Part shown: one piece after another, positions 27,261-38,092 of the stretch
Position numbering within the stretch: the stretch's first letter is position 1
Layout of the letters: each line of letters begins with the position of its first letter
Source of the DNA: a virus
IMG/VR virus record: IMGVR_UViG_3300018079_000011
Location: 6,102 to 70,101 of that record
Strand: one strand, 5' to 3'
DNA length: 64,000 bases
Notes under the pieces: model-generated
Told to the model about the DNA's origin: nothing
Seen by the model: the letters and a program-made list of their open reading frames with translations, nothing else
Database searches by the model: none
Translations under genes and position numbers: made by a program

Positions 27261-29519
27261 GTGATGGGCGCGCAAGCATACGCAGACTTCATCGCGTCGA
27301 AGACGCCTGCGGCGATATCGTTCGGTCGCGAACCAGACGAACTTCCGTCGATCTTCTGGCGCTTTCAGAGAGCGATCGTCGAATGGGCCATCCGCCGTGG
27401 GCGCGCGGCTCTTTTCGCCGACTGCGGTCTTGGAAAGACCCTCATGCAGGTGGAATGGGCGAGACAGAGCGGCGGGCGCGTTCTTATCGTCGCCCCGCTG
27501 GCTGTCGCCGAGCAAACCATCGCAGAGGCGCGCGACAAACTGGGCGTGCCGATTCGCAAGGTCGCCGATCCATCAGGATTGCCTGGAATCGAGGTTACTA
27601 ATTACGAAAAGCTCCACCGCTTTGTCGGGGCGCCTTACGACGCGATCGTGCTCGATGAATCTAGCATCCTGAAGAGTCTTGATGGAAAGACGCGAACGCT
27701 GCTGCTGAAAGAGTTCACGGACATTCCGCGGCGACTCTGCTGCACGGCAACTCCAGCGCCAAACGACCTGGCAGAACTCGCGAACCATGCCGAGTTCCTG
27801 GGCGTCATGCCGCGGGCCGAAATGCTCGCCTCGTTCTTCGTTCACGACAACGATGGCAAGGCCGCGGGTGGATGGCGACTCAAGGGTCACGCCGAGGAGT
27901 CCTTTTGGCGATGGGTGGCCAAGTGGGCGGTCTACGTGCGTCGACCGTCTGATCTGGGGTTCGATGACGCTGGCCTTGAGCTCCCCCCGTTGACCATCAG
28001 CGAAGACGTCGTACGGGCCGACTGGAAGCCAGATGGCATGTTGTTCGCGGCCGGCCTTGGTGGCATCGAGTCGCGGTCTGCGATGCGGAGGAGCACGCTC
28101 GGCGCGCGCGTGAAGCGCGCGGCGGAGATCATCAAAGAATCATGGCAACAAAGAAGCGCCCGCCGGGCACCGCCAAGCGGTACTACGCAAAGCACCGTTC
28201 CCCAATGGCTCGTATGGGTGAAGTTGAACGCCGAAGAGGAGGCAATGAAGTCGGCGCTCGGCGACGACGCGGTCGTTATTAGCGGCCAGGACAACGACGA
28301 AACCAAGCTCGCGAAGGAACTCTCCTGGCGCAGAGGTGAGGTCTCCGTGTTGATTACAAAGCCGGAGATCTACTCCATGGGCGTCAACTGGCAGCACTGC
28401 CATCGGATGCTGTTTCTCGGTATCGGCGACAGCTTCGAACAGTACTACCAGTCAATCAGACGCTGCTGGCGATTCGGTCAAAGGAATCCCGTCGAGGCGC
28501 TGATCGTCGTCAGCGAAGCGGAACTGGAGATCGCGGAAAACGTCCGCCGCAAGGAGGCCGACGCCGCTCGTCTGGCCGACGGCGTGGTGGCCATGTCACG
28601 GGAGGCAATGATGGAAGAAATCGGAGTCAGCGCGGACTCTGCGCGAGTTCAGTACGCGACGGCTGACGAGTCAGGCAAGGGATGGCGAATGCTCATGGGG
28701 GACTGCGTGGAGCGCGTTCACGACGTGGCTGACGCCTCGGTCGGGTTGTCCGTGTTCTCGCCGCCGTTCGCGAGCCTGTACACGTACAGCGCAAGCGAGC
28801 GAGACATGGGCAACTCAAAGGACTATGACCAATTCTTCGCGCACTTCGGGTTTCTGATCCCGGAGTTGCTCCGAGTCACAATCCCGGGTCGCCGATGCTG
28901 CGTTCACGTCCAGCAGGTAACGACCACAAAGGCGACTCACGGCGTGATCGGCTGGCGCGACTTCCGCGCCGACACCGTGCGCGCCTTTGTTGCCGCTGGG
29001 TGGGTCTACGATGGCGAGGTCGTGATCGACAAGGACCCTCAGGCGCAGGCGATTCGAACGAAGTCGAAGGCGCTGATGTTCGTCCAGAAGGACAAGGACT
29101 CGTCGTGGTCGCGTCCGGCGATGGCCGACTACATCTTGCTGTTTCGCCACCCTGGCGATAACCCGATCCCGGTCAAGACCGACGTCAGTAACGAGGAGTG
29201 GATTCGCTGGGCGCGCCCGGTTTGGTACGGCATTCGCGAGTCAGAGACTCTCAACGCCGCGGAAGCGCGATCTGAGAAGGATGAGAAACACATCTGTCCG
29301 CTTCAACTCGAGACCATTGAGCGGTGCGTGCGGCTGTGGACGAACCCGGGAGAGACAGTGTTCTCTCCATTCGGCGGGATTGGGTCGGAGGGGTACGTGG
29401 CGCTCCAGCATGAGCGGCAATACGTGGGGATCGAACTCAAGCCGGAATATTGGCGCCAAGCGGTCTCGAACTTAAAGAAGGCGCGGAAGCAACTCGGGCT
29501 GTTCGGTGGGGCCGCATGA
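27261..29519 (+). CDS. SF2 helicase fused to a beta-class N4/N6 DNA methyltransferase
   Basis: ADCGLGKT, LDESS, TATPAPND, QSIRRCWRFGQ; then VFSPPF, HICPLQ, SPFGGIGSEG. Confidence 0.9.
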   Translation: MMGAQAYADFIASKTPAAISFGREPDELPSIFWRFQRAIVEWAIRRGRAALFADCGLGKTLMQVEWARQSGGRVLIVAPLAVAEQTIAEARDKLGVPIRKVADPSGLPGIEVTNYEKLHRFVGAPYDAIVLDESSILKSLDGKTRTLLLKEFTDIPRRLCCTATPAPNDLAELANHAEFLGVMPRAEMLASFFVHDNDGKAAGGWRLKGHAEESFWRWVAKWAVYVRRPSDLGFDDAGLELPPLTISEDVVRADWKPDGMLFAAGLGGIESRSAMRRSTLGARVKRAAEIIKESWQQRSARRAPPSGTTQSTVPQWLVWVKLNAEEEAMKSALGDDAVVISGQDNDETKLAKELSWRRGEVSVLITKPEIYSMGVNWQHCHRMLFLGIGDSFEQYYQSIRRCWRFGQRNPVEALIVVSEAELEIAENVRRKEADAARLADGVVAMSREAMMEEIGVSADSARVQYATADESGKGWRMLMGDCVERVHDVADASVGLSVFSPPFASLYTYSASERDMGNSKDYDQFFAHFGFLIPELLRVTIPGRRCCVHVQQVTTTKATHGVIGWRDFRADTVRAFVAAGWVYDGEVVIDKDPQAQAIRTKSKALMFVQKDKDSSWSRPAMADYILLFRHPGDNPIPVKTDVSNEEWIRWARPVWYGIRESETLNAAEARSEKDEKHICPLQLETIERCVRLWTNPGETVFSPFGGIGSEGYVALQHERQYVGIELKPEYWRQAVSNLKKARKQLGLFGGAA

Positions 29520-29769
29520 CCCTCCGCCCCCACATCCTCGCCGAGCTCACGCTGCGCCCCCTGCGCGTCGTCGAGATTCACGCGCTGTTGCTGGTGCGCC
29601 CGGGACTGCGCTGGTGGGAACGCCTGTATGTGCGCGTGTCCGGCGCCGAGGCGCTATGCGGCGACCTCTACCGGATGGAGATGGACGGGCTCGTTGAGGC
29701 GTTCTACGTCGCGGGGGAGCGCGAGGGGTGGCCGGCGAGGATTGCGTATCGGGTTAGGAGGGGGCACTG

Positions 29770-30096
29770 ATGGCTCGCTCGCTCTCAAAAAAGCGGCGCT
29801 TCCACGTGCTCGCACGCTGCGGGTTTCGCTGCACTTACTGCGGTCGCTCGCCAAAGGTCGACGGCGTCTCCCTGGTCGTCGATCACGTTGTGGCGGTGGC
29901 AAACGGCGGCTCGAGCGATGACGACAACCTGACCGCGGCCTGCGAGGACTGCAACGCGGGTAAGGCAGACATGGGCTGCTATGCGTGCTGCCGCTTCGAC
30001 TGCCCGGCCGAGTCGGATCCGGACCATGTCGGTCCCTGCCCGGAGGTGGTCGCCTTTTTTGCGGCGCGCGCAGCCGCCGACGGGGACGGGAACTGA
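29770..30096 (+). CDS. Small HNH endonuclease
   Basis: CTYCG...VDHVVAVANGG..DDNLTAACEDCNAGK. Confidence 0.85.
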   Translation: MARSLSKKRRFHVLARCGFRCTYCGRSPKVDGVSLVVDHVVAVANGGSSDDDNLTAACEDCNAGKADMGCYACCRFDCPAESDPDHVGPCPEVVAFFAARAAADGDGN

Positions 30097-30971
30097 TGAC
30101 CCCGCGGATCCGTTCCATCAAACCAGAGTTCTTCTCCGATGAGGATCTCGCCCAACTTACGCCATGGGCACGCCTTCTCTTCATCTCGCTTTGGACCCTA
30201 GCGGATCGCGAGGGGAGGCTTGAGAACCGCCCGAAGCGCATCAAGGCGCATGCATTCCCGTATGACGCCGTCGACATCGACGCGCTCTTGGCAGAGCTCG
30301 TGAACGCCAAGGACCAGCACGGCCGGCCGAAGCCTTTCCTTACGCCGTACGAAATAGACGGACGCGGCTACCTGCAGATCGGGAAGTTCACCGAGCACCA
30401 GCGCCCCAACCTGCGCGAGCCGGCGTCATCTCTGCCGGTCATTCCGACGTCGGAATGCACGCACGTGCATGCACGTGCAGAGCAAACCATGACTGACTGC
30501 GGCGCCGCAGGGAAGGGAAGGGAAGGGAACAAGGAAGGGAAGGGGGACGCCCCCGCGCGCGATCCTGGTGGTGCGGAGCACGAGCCACCGCGGGTTCTCA
30601 CCACCACGGCCGAGTTCGAGCCGCTCCCGCCGACCGATGCGGACCCCTCGTTGCCTCCGGTCGAGCCGATTACCCCAGCCGGCTTGATCTCATACCTCAA
30701 GGCCGGCGTCGAGAAAGCCAACCCCGGCAATGGCCCATGGTATCCCGGCCGATTCGCGGATCGCGATGCGGTTGAGTTCTTTCGGTCGATCGGCCCTGAG
30801 AACCTGCCAAGCATTCGTCCCAAGGCAGACGCTTTCATCGCCAGCAAAAGCACAGAAGGCTGGCCGCTGAAGGAATTTCTCGACCGGTTCAATCAACTCG
30901 GCCGCGGCCCACCGGCGCGACCGAAGGTCGTAGCCCCAATCACCTGGCCCAAGTCACGGACTCTCACATGA
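30096..30971 (+). CDS. Phage replication initiator
   Basis: RIRSIKPEFF, LWTLADREGR, FTEHQ; GGGAA-repeat linker near 30510; precedes DnaB. Confidence 0.8.
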   Translation: MTPRIRSIKPEFFSDEDLAQLTPWARLLFISLWTLADREGRLENRPKRIKAHAFPYDAVDIDALLAELVNAKDQHGRPKPFLTPYEIDGRGYLQIGKFTEHQRPNLREPASSLPVIPTSECTHVHARAEQTMTDCGAAGKGREGNKEGKGDAPARDPGGAEHEPPRVLTTTAEFEPLPPTDADPSLPPVEPITPAGLISYLKAGVEKANPGNGPWYPGRFADRDAVEFFRSIGPENLPSIRPKADAFIASKSTEGWPLKEFLDRFNQLGRGPPARPKVVAPITWPKSRTLT

Positions 30972-32335
30972 CCGAAACCGAAGCCGCTCCCAAGTCAGAG
31001 CCCGAATCCCACGCCGCCGAACGGGCGGTTCTCGGCTCGTGTCTCGTCCAGCCGGAGTCGATCGTTGAGGCGCAGGCACTCCTGAGCGACGAAGACTTCG
31101 AGGTGCCACAGCATCAGAGCGTCTTTCGGGGTATGGTCACTCTCGCAGCAGCCGGCTCTCCGATCGACCTGGTAACGCTTGAGGCCGAACTCACTTCGCG
31201 CGGCTGGTGGAAGGCGCTCGGCCTTCGCGTTTTCGATCGCCAGCCGCTCTCGTGGCTCGTGGAAACCGCCGGCTCGGTTCCGACGGCCGGTAATGTCCGC
31301 CACTACGCCGAGATCGTGGCTCGTCAGTCGGCGATTCGAAAACTCAAGCAGACGTGCGGAAAGGCCGCCGCGCTGGCCGACGAAAACCCCGAGGAAGCTC
31401 AGCGCCTGATCCTGGAAAGCCAGCGCCTGTTGACCGAAGTGCAGCGGGGTCGATCGCGCCCTGGGATCGACATCGCCGACGTGGTGCCGAAGGTGATCGC
31501 CGAATTCGAAGCGCGACAGGAGGCGCGGCGACAAGGCGGAGCGCGGGTCATCGGTCTGACCACGGGACTGACCGCGCTCGATTACATGACCGGCGGACTG
31601 CGCGATGAGACGTTGACCATCCTCGCGGCCAGAACGTCGTTGGGTAAGACGGCCTTCGGCAGCCAGATTGCGCTCCTTGGGGCGATCTTCGACGGCGTTC
31701 CCGCGCTCGCCTTCTCGCTCGAGATGGGTGCCATGGAACTCGGCGAGCGATTCTTCGCACGGCTGGCGCTGGTAGCGTCAGATCGCCTTCGGTCGGGAGA
31801 ACTGAGTCGCGACGACTGGGGCAAGATCCACCGGGCCGGATCGCAGATGTGTCAGCGCGGGCTGGTCACAATCAGCAACACGCGCACGCTGCCCGGGATG
31901 TGGATGGAGGCGCGAGCGTTCAGGGTCAGGCATCCCGACAAACGAATCTTCATCCTCGTGGACTACCTGCAACTCGCTCGGACGGGCCAGCGCGGGCGCA
32001 CGCGCGAAGAGGAACTTGCCGAGATCTCGGGCGACCTGAAAGACATGGCCGTCGAGTTCAAGTGCCCGGTCCTCGCGCTCGCCCAACTAAACCGCGGGCC
32101 AGAAGCCGAGGAGCGCGAACCGCGGGTAAGTGACCTTCGTGGCTCAGGCGCAATCGAGCAGGACGCCGACCTGATTCTCATGATCACCCGCAAGCGCGAG
32201 GCGATCGCCGGGATTTGTACGATCCATGTGCTGAAATCGCGAAACGGACCGACCGGGGATGTCGATGCTTTGTGGGAGGGTGCCATGTACCAACTGCGCG
32301 ATCCCGACTACGCCGACACAAGGGGGAGGCAATGA
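30968..32335 (+). CDS. dnaB: Replicative DNA helicase
   Basis: AERAVLG, ARTSLGKT, FSLEM, VDYLQL, LAQLNR, DLRGSGAIEQDAD. Confidence 0.95.
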   Translation: MTETEAAPKSEPESHAAERAVLGSCLVQPESIVEAQALLSDEDFEVPQHQSVFRGMVTLAAAGSPIDLVTLEAELTSRGWWKALGLRVFDRQPLSWLVETAGSVPTAGNVRHYAEIVARQSAIRKLKQTCGKAAALADENPEEAQRLILESQRLLTEVQRGRSRPGIDIADVVPKVIAEFEARQEARRQGGARVIGLTTGLTALDYMTGGLRDETLTILAARTSLGKTAFGSQIALLGAIFDGVPALAFSLEMGAMELGERFFARLALVASDRLRSGELSRDDWGKIHRAGSQMCQRGLVTISNTRTLPGMWMEARAFRVRHPDKRIFILVDYLQLARTGQRGRTREEELAEISGDLKDMAVEFKCPVLALAQLNRGPEAEEREPRVSDLRGSGAIEQDADLILMITRKREAIAGICTIHVLKSRNGPTGDVDALWEGAMYQLRDPDYADTRGRQ

Positions 32336-32812
32336 CCCAATCCGAATCCGTCTCTGCCGAGCGAAATCGCATCGCCGACGCCGTGACCAAGTGGGCGATC
32401 CATCTGGAGGAGCTCGCCCTCAGGCAGCACACACAAGGTATCCCCCAACACAAGACCACAGATGCGTACGCGCGCGCACTGCGCTTCGTGCTCAAGGTCA
32501 TTCTGGGCGCGCCCGTGTCCACCAAGGATCTGACATGAAAGACATCGGCCCCTTCGACCCGCTCACTCCCGCGCAGTTTCAATTCCAGGTTACCCGCCTC
32601 GTCTCCGGCCGCGAACATCTCAGCGTCGCCGAGGACGCCGTCATGGCGATCATGGGCAGCGCGCACGCCGGTCACCTGCGCGGCGACCTGATCGCATCCC
32701 GAGACATGGTTCGGGCAACGCGACAGGTGCTGCTGGTGCTCACGGAGCGACTCCGCATCATCGCCCCGCGCTCTCTCGCCGATGTCGTCGAGGGGCAGAG
32801 AAAGGATGAGAC

Positions 32813-33616
32813 GTGAAGCCACTGGTGATCTACCACGCCCAATGCCGCGACGGCTTCGGTGCCGCGTGGTGCATCTGGCGACGGTCCGCGAACGCTGAGT
32901 TTTTCCCAGCCACCCACGGCGCGCCGCCCCCCGATGTCACCGGACGCATGGTCTACATGGTCGATTTCTGCTATCCGCGCGATGTGCTCGAGCGAATGGC
33001 GGGTCGAGCGCATTCGATGCTGATCCTTGACCACCACAAGACCGCTGAGGAAGCGCTTCGGGGATTTTCCCGAGACAACGTGACAGTCGAGTTCGATATG
33101 GGCAGGAGCGGCGCCGGGATGACGTGGGACCGCTTTTTTCCCCGCTCTCCTCGTCCGTGGCTCATCGACTACATCGAGGACCGCGACCTATGGAAACACG
33201 CGCTTCCGAACGGGCCCGCTGTCAACGCATATATCGGAACGATCCGGTTCAACTTCGAGGACTACTACAAGGCGTCTCGCCTCGATGTAGACGAGGTCGC
33301 CAGGCTTGGTGTCGCAGTGGAGGACAAGATCCGCCGGTACGTGACCGAGGTGGCGGCGAACGCCCGTCGCATTGACTTCGAGGGACACAACGTTCCGATC
33401 GTCAACGCTCCTCAGGTTGACATTTCGGAGTTGGTCGGATTCCTGGCTCAGGGCGAGGCGTTCGCAATGGGCTGGTGGATGCGATCAGACGGGATGGTCA
33501 GTTACTCGCTCCGCTCGAAAGGCGACGTCGACGTGTCGGCTATCGCGAAAAAATACGGCGGTGGCGGCCACAGGTCAGCGGCTGGATTTCAACTGAACAG
33601 GGTTCTGCTGCCATGA
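32813..33616 (+). CDS. DHH/DHHA1 phosphoesterase
   Basis: YH..C.DG, VDF, LDHH, EDRDLW, GGGGH..AAGF. Confidence 0.88.
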   Translation: MKPLVIYHAQCRDGFGAAWCIWRRSANAEFFPATHGAPPPDVTGRMVYMVDFCYPRDVLERMAGRAHSMLILDHHKTAEEALRGFSRDNVTVEFDMGRSGAGMTWDRFFPRSPRPWLIDYIEDRDLWKHALPNGPAVNAYIGTIRFNFEDYYKASRLDVDEVARLGVAVEDKIRRYVTEVAANARRIDFEGHNVPIVNAPQVDISELVGFLAQGEAFAMGWWMRSDGMVSYSLRSKGDVDVSAIAKKYGGGGHRSAAGFQLNRVLLP

Positions 33617-34128
33617 ACCCCCTCCGACGCCTCCTAGCCCAGCACATCGCCGACACGACCCCGCCCGAGCGCCGCCAAACGCGCATGTCGGCCGCGTTCG
33701 TGCTCATCGGGTGGCTGGGCCTGGTGGTGTTTTTCGTGGCGAGGGGATGCGGATGACGATTTTGCGAAACACGGCCGGGTCGGTTGCCGAATATATGGCG
33801 ATGGGAGATGAACATGAGTGAGAGCCAATCTGAATCCGAGAAGGCAAAATTCCCGTACCTGCTCACCTGCGGGTGGCACAAGGTCTAGGAGTGCGATGTT
33901 TGCCTGCTCGAGGCAGAGTCGCTTGGGCCAGGCGTCTTGCCGGCGTCCGGGCTGCCGCGCACCGATCGCCCGTCCGACGTCTGTCAGGTGCGCGCCCGAT
34001 TCGGCCGGTCGCTCAAATGGGCAAGACGTGGGGCCCGACGATTCTGCGGCAGTGGAGGCACATCCACGGCGATCCAATGCCGCGAGCGCTGTGGCCGACT
34101 GGCACGCCTGAAGAGAGCGAGGCGACCA

Positions 34129-34479
34129 ATGTCAACTGAGCAGCCGGCCTTTCCAAAACCACCCGCGCGGGTCCGAGACCAGCCGCATATGCTTGAGGCC
34201 AAGCAACTGCCATGCTGCGCCCCGGTCCCCGCGAGCTACCACAGGGGAGACGTCGAGGCGGATCACTCCGCACGCCACGGACTCGGCGTGAAATGCTCAG
34301 ACGCCGACACGATTCCACTGTGCCGGCGGTGTCACCGCCACAAAACCGACCTCACCGGTCCGTTCCGCGGATGGCCGCCCGGGGTGCTCAGGGCATGGCT
34401 CGATGCTCAGGTCTCGGCCACGCTTGCGGCGCTGCTGGCCCGGCGGGCGGCGGCGGAGAGGGAGGCGGCTGGTGGGTAA
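34129..34479 (+). CDS. HNH-like (DUF968-type) protein
   Basis: LPCC...ADH...G.K.SD..TIPLCRRCH. Confidence 0.6.
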   Translation: MSTEQPAFPKPPARVRDQPHMLEAKQLPCCAPVPASYHRGDVEADHSARHGLGVKCSDADTIPLCRRCHRHKTDLTGPFRGWPPGVLRAWLDAQVSATLAALLARRAAAEREAAGG

Positions 34480-35683
34480 AACGTCGATTCCGTGGACGGA
34501 CTACTCGTGGCCCGTGATCAACGGCTGTCGCCGCGCGAGTCCAGGCTGCGAAAACTGCTATAGCGAGCGACTCTCGTCTACGCGCCTATCGAAGACGGGA
34601 AAGTACGGCGGTCTCGCCGTCTTCGGGGACAACGGCCCACGATGGACCGGCGAGGCTCGTCTCTGGGAGCAGCATCTCGACATGCCGCTCAAGCTCCAGA
34701 AACCCTCGAAGATCTTCGTCTGCGACATGGGCGACCTGTTCTATGCGGGGGTCCCGAAGTCGTGGATCGATCGCGTGTGGGCGCGTATGCTGCTGTGTCC
34801 TCGCCACACTTTCCAGGTGTTGACGAAGCGCGTGCGCAGGATGCGCGAGTACCTGACGGACCCCGGCTTATACGAACGACTACTGCGCGTTGCCGACCAC
34901 GAGATCCGAGTGGCCCGGCCGAAGTTGACGGGAGTCGGCATCAGCAACCCGTCGCTCCATCCCGCGAAATGGATCTGGCTCGGCGTGAGCGTGGAGAATC
35001 AGGAATGGGCAGACGACCGCATACCTGACTTGCTCGAGACTCCGGCGGCCGTTCGCTTCGTGTCGTACGAGCCCGCTATCGGCCCCGTCGACTTCGAGCG
35101 CATCCAATGGCCTGGTAAGCACAAGGTTGACGTCCTTCGCGGAGGAACGTGGGAACTCGGCGGCGGGTTCTGCAACCACAGCGACATGAGCACGATCGAC
35201 CAGGTGATCGTTGGCGGCGAAAGCGGGCCGGGGGCGAGGCCGTTCGACGTTGCGTGGGCGCGCGGCGTGATCCGGCAGTGTCGGGCGGCCGGGGTGAGCG
35301 CCTTTTGCAAGCAGCTCGGCGCGAACGTCCGCGACCGCAACGATGCCGGCTGGGATGGGATGGAGCCGGAGAGTTGGCCTGCCCACATCGATTGGCCATC
35401 TCGTGTCGACGTCAACGGCTACCGCGAAGATCACCGGGGTGCGCATGTGCGCGTGCGGCTGTTCGACCGCAAGGGCGAGGACATGTCGGAGTGGCCATCC
35501 GACATCAGGGTTCGCGAATTCCCCCGCCCCGCCGCCCCACCCGCGGAGTCGACAGGTGTTGAACCGGCTCGTCGCAGTGGTCGATTGGGCATGGCGCGCC
35601 AGGGAGGGCGCTTCGTTGAGGACCCGTTCCGCGAGTACCGACGACCGCCGCCGATTCCGATGCGGCGAAAGGAGTCGCCGTGA
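34472..35683 (+). CDS. DUF5131 (Gp37/Gp68) family protein
   Basis: TSIPWTD, GC..ASPGCENCY, DMGDLF, FQVLTKR, GGESG, FCKQLG. Confidence 0.9.
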   Translation: MGKTSIPWTDYSWPVINGCRRASPGCENCYSERLSSTRLSKTGKYGGLAVFGDNGPRWTGEARLWEQHLDMPLKLQKPSKIFVCDMGDLFYAGVPKSWIDRVWARMLLCPRHTFQVLTKRVRRMREYLTDPGLYERLLRVADHEIRVARPKLTGVGISNPSLHPAKWIWLGVSVENQEWADDRIPDLLETPAAVRFVSYEPAIGPVDFERIQWPGKHKVDVLRGGTWELGGGFCNHSDMSTIDQVIVGGESGPGARPFDVAWARGVIRQCRAAGVSAFCKQLGANVRDRNDAGWDGMEPESWPAHIDWPSRVDVNGYREDHRGAHVRVRLFDRKGEDMSEWPSDIRVREFPRPAAPPAESTGVEPARRSGRLGMARQGGRFVEDPFREYRRPPPIPMRRKESP

Positions 35684-36300
35684 GCGCGCACAGCAAGGCG
35701 CCGTGGACAATCGCCGCCGACGAAGATGGACCGTACGCGGGATCCATCGAAATCCTCGACGACGCCGGTTTCGTCATCGCCGATGTGATCGCCTGCGAGA
35801 GCGCCGACGAGACGCTTGCGAATGCGAGGATCGTGGCGTCGGGGCCGGAACTACTGGCGATGGTCAAGCGGTACCTAGATATCCTGCCCAACAAGGCGCT
35901 GCCTGACGCCGATGCGCGCGAACTCGTTGCTCGGGTGGAAGGCAGGGTGCCGTGAATGTCACGTTGACCGCTCCCGCCGACACGCTTCAGAGCAAGGCGC
36001 GCGCATTCGACCACCTGCGGAGCATCTTCTGGGAGTTCTGCGACGTCGACGAAGGCAAGGCCGCGTTGGCCTGCATCGGAGAGTTCATCGGGGAATGGGA
36101 GCACGGCCGGCGCGGATCGCCACCGGACGCGGTCGACTTCCGCGCTGCCCTGGCGGATCTCCTCGCCCTCATCCACGACGCCGCCAGTCTCGTCGCCTGC
36201 CCGGCTGACGGCAACGACGGTGTCCAGGTTGCGGCACGGGAATCAAGCACCATTACGAGAACTGCCTGTGGCTAATCGCCGCGCGGGCGCTGGACTGCGC

Positions 36301-36864
36301 ATGACCACTGTCGAATCCATGGTTCGCGCGTCCACGATGCTCACGGCGACAGGCCGCGCCATTGACATCAACAATCCCGACCCCGCCTCCATCTGCATCG
36401 ATGACATCGCCCGGGCTCTCGCGAGATCCACGCGGTTCGGTGGCCACCTCGGGGACCACGTCGAGACGTATTCAGTCGCCCAACATTCCATCCTCGTCAG
36501 CCAGTTCTCTCCGCCCGACCTCGCGCTGGTCGGACTGCTCCACGACGCCGCCGAGGCGTATCTGGGCGACGTGATCGGCCCGCTCAGGCGACTGCTGCCG
36601 GCCTATCGCGAGCTCGAAGCGCGCTTCAACCTGGCGATCGGGGAGGCGTTCGGGTTGCGCGATCGCCTACTCGACCTCCCGCCTGAGGTCCGCCTTGCCG
36701 ACGCCCGCGCCATGGCCACTGAGGCTCGAGACCTGCTTGTGGATACCCCCGCCAGGCGCGCCGTCTTCTCCGCTGAGCCGCTTGGGGTGACGATCGTGCC
36801 GCTGGGGCCATGGAATGCGCGGGACGCGTTCCTAGCGCGGTTTGGGAGGCTTGGAGGAATATGA
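36301..36864 (+). CDS. HD-domain (YfbR-like) nucleotidase
   Basis: DIARAL...RFGGH, YSVAQHS, LLHDAAEAYLGD. Confidence 0.88.
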   Translation: MTTVESMVRASTMLTATGRAIDINNPDPASICIDDIARALARSTRFGGHLGDHVETYSVAQHSILVSQFSPPDLALVGLLHDAAEAYLGDVIGPLRRLLPAYRELEARFNLAIGEAFGLRDRLLDLPPEVRLADARAMATEARDLLVDTPARRAVFSAEPLGVTIVPLGPWNARDAFLARFGRLGGI

Positions 36865-37433
36865 AAAACGCGAGCGAACTCGAAATCGGCAAGGTCATCA
36901 CGGGGGAGCAACAGCGGGACGCGATACATGTGGCGGTGGCGCCGGTCGAGGCGGCTGACGTCCTACTGCCGGGCCAGCATGTTTCGCTCCTCGAAGGACG
37001 GGCTGTCCGCGTGCCGACGGGACAGAAGACGGTCGGTGTCGTTGACCCGTACCTGACCGCGCCGGTTAAGGCGGGCGAGCGCTTTTGGCTGTTTCTCTAC
37101 CCAGGCTCGATCACATCGCTGCGGCATGAGTGGGCGCATCCTGCGTTCGAGGGACTGCGGCCCGATCCGGCCTTGGAGTCGCGGGCGTGGTTGGAGGATG
37201 TCGCCAAGTCGGTCGGGTACACATACGGCCGTCTAATGGCCGCTGCGCGGGACTGGGTCGACAGCGACGGAGATGCGATGACGTACGACAACACCGAGAC
37301 TTACAAAGACGTGTTTGTCCCCGGGAAGTTTGACGAGTTCTGGCGGCACTACGAAGCGGTTACGGGCAGGCCGCTGTCCGAGAATGTCAAGTCGTATGGG
37401 TTGTATGGGTTTTTCACCTGCTCGTGCTCATGA
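36861..37433 (+). CDS. Conserved phage hypothetical protein
   Basis: RDAIHVAV, GVVDP, FWLFLYPGSITSLRHEW, FTCSC. Confidence 0.65.
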   Translation: MKNASELEIGKVITGEQQRDAIHVAVAPVEAADVLLPGQHVSLLEGRAVRVPTGQKTVGVVDPYLTAPVKAGERFWLFLYPGSITSLRHEWAHPAFEGLRPDPALESRAWLEDVAKSVGYTYGRLMAAARDWVDSDGDAMTYDNTETYKDVFVPGKFDEFWRHYEAVTGRPLSENVKSYGLYGFFTCSCS

Positions 37434-38092
37434 AACTCTGGGCGCGGTTTGGGAGGCCGGTGGGATGAAACTCTGCTCACCCCACACCAACGGCGTTTCC
37501 CACGGCGCCCCTCCGTTTTTTTACGACTGGTGCCACCGGTGCCAGGCCAAGCTCGCCGCCGGCAAGGTCACCGGCACCGAGGGCCCCGTCGACCAAAAGA
37601 AAATTGGCTGGCATAATCGACGTAGGGTGGACCACGAAAAGGAGAGAGCGGGACGGCTGAGACGCAAGGCCAGCGACGTCGTGCCGTTCGGGGGGAGGAA
37701 GGTACCGTGACCGAGGTTCTCCTGCACATGCTCGCAATGAGCGCATACAACGGCTACAACGCCGCCCTGTGCGGCAGTCCGACGCCGTCGCAGCGGAGCC
37801 TGATCGACTTCATGTCCACGGAGCCAGAGATGGGCGACTTGGTCATGGAGGCATCAACGGTGTGGTATCGCGAGCGCGATTCCGTGCGCATCGGGCGACT
37901 CATCGGTTGCGTCGAGGAATACGTCCCGAACGACGATGGAGAGCAGCCTGCCGAGGACGAGGTGAGCGACTATCAGGCCCATTACGCCGAGCCGTACCCG
38001 AAGGAGCGATTCTGGTACATCGCCACCCCGACGGGGTGCATGTTCCGTTGGAACAACGCCCGCTTTCTTAGACTGCCCGAGGACATCCTGAG

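Noticed and set aside
30509-30546. GGGAA repeats as origin iterons
   Set aside because: A common purine-rich linker in initiators; no longer iterons or AT-rich unwinding element seen.
6697-33888. Stop-codon reassignment suggested by internal TGA/TAG
   Set aside because: TGA and TAG end many clear genes, core genes are uninterrupted, and there is no suppressor tRNA.
14146-36864. MazG-like plus HD hydrolase as a Z-base (2-aminoadenine) system
   Set aside because: No PurZ-like gene or dedicated polymerase recognised in the window; the two genes are 22 kb apart.
37430-37475. ATGAAACTCTG repeated twice, as a late box
   Set aside because: The hexamer at N23 is TGGGAT and overlaps the ATG; better explained as a duplicated gene start.
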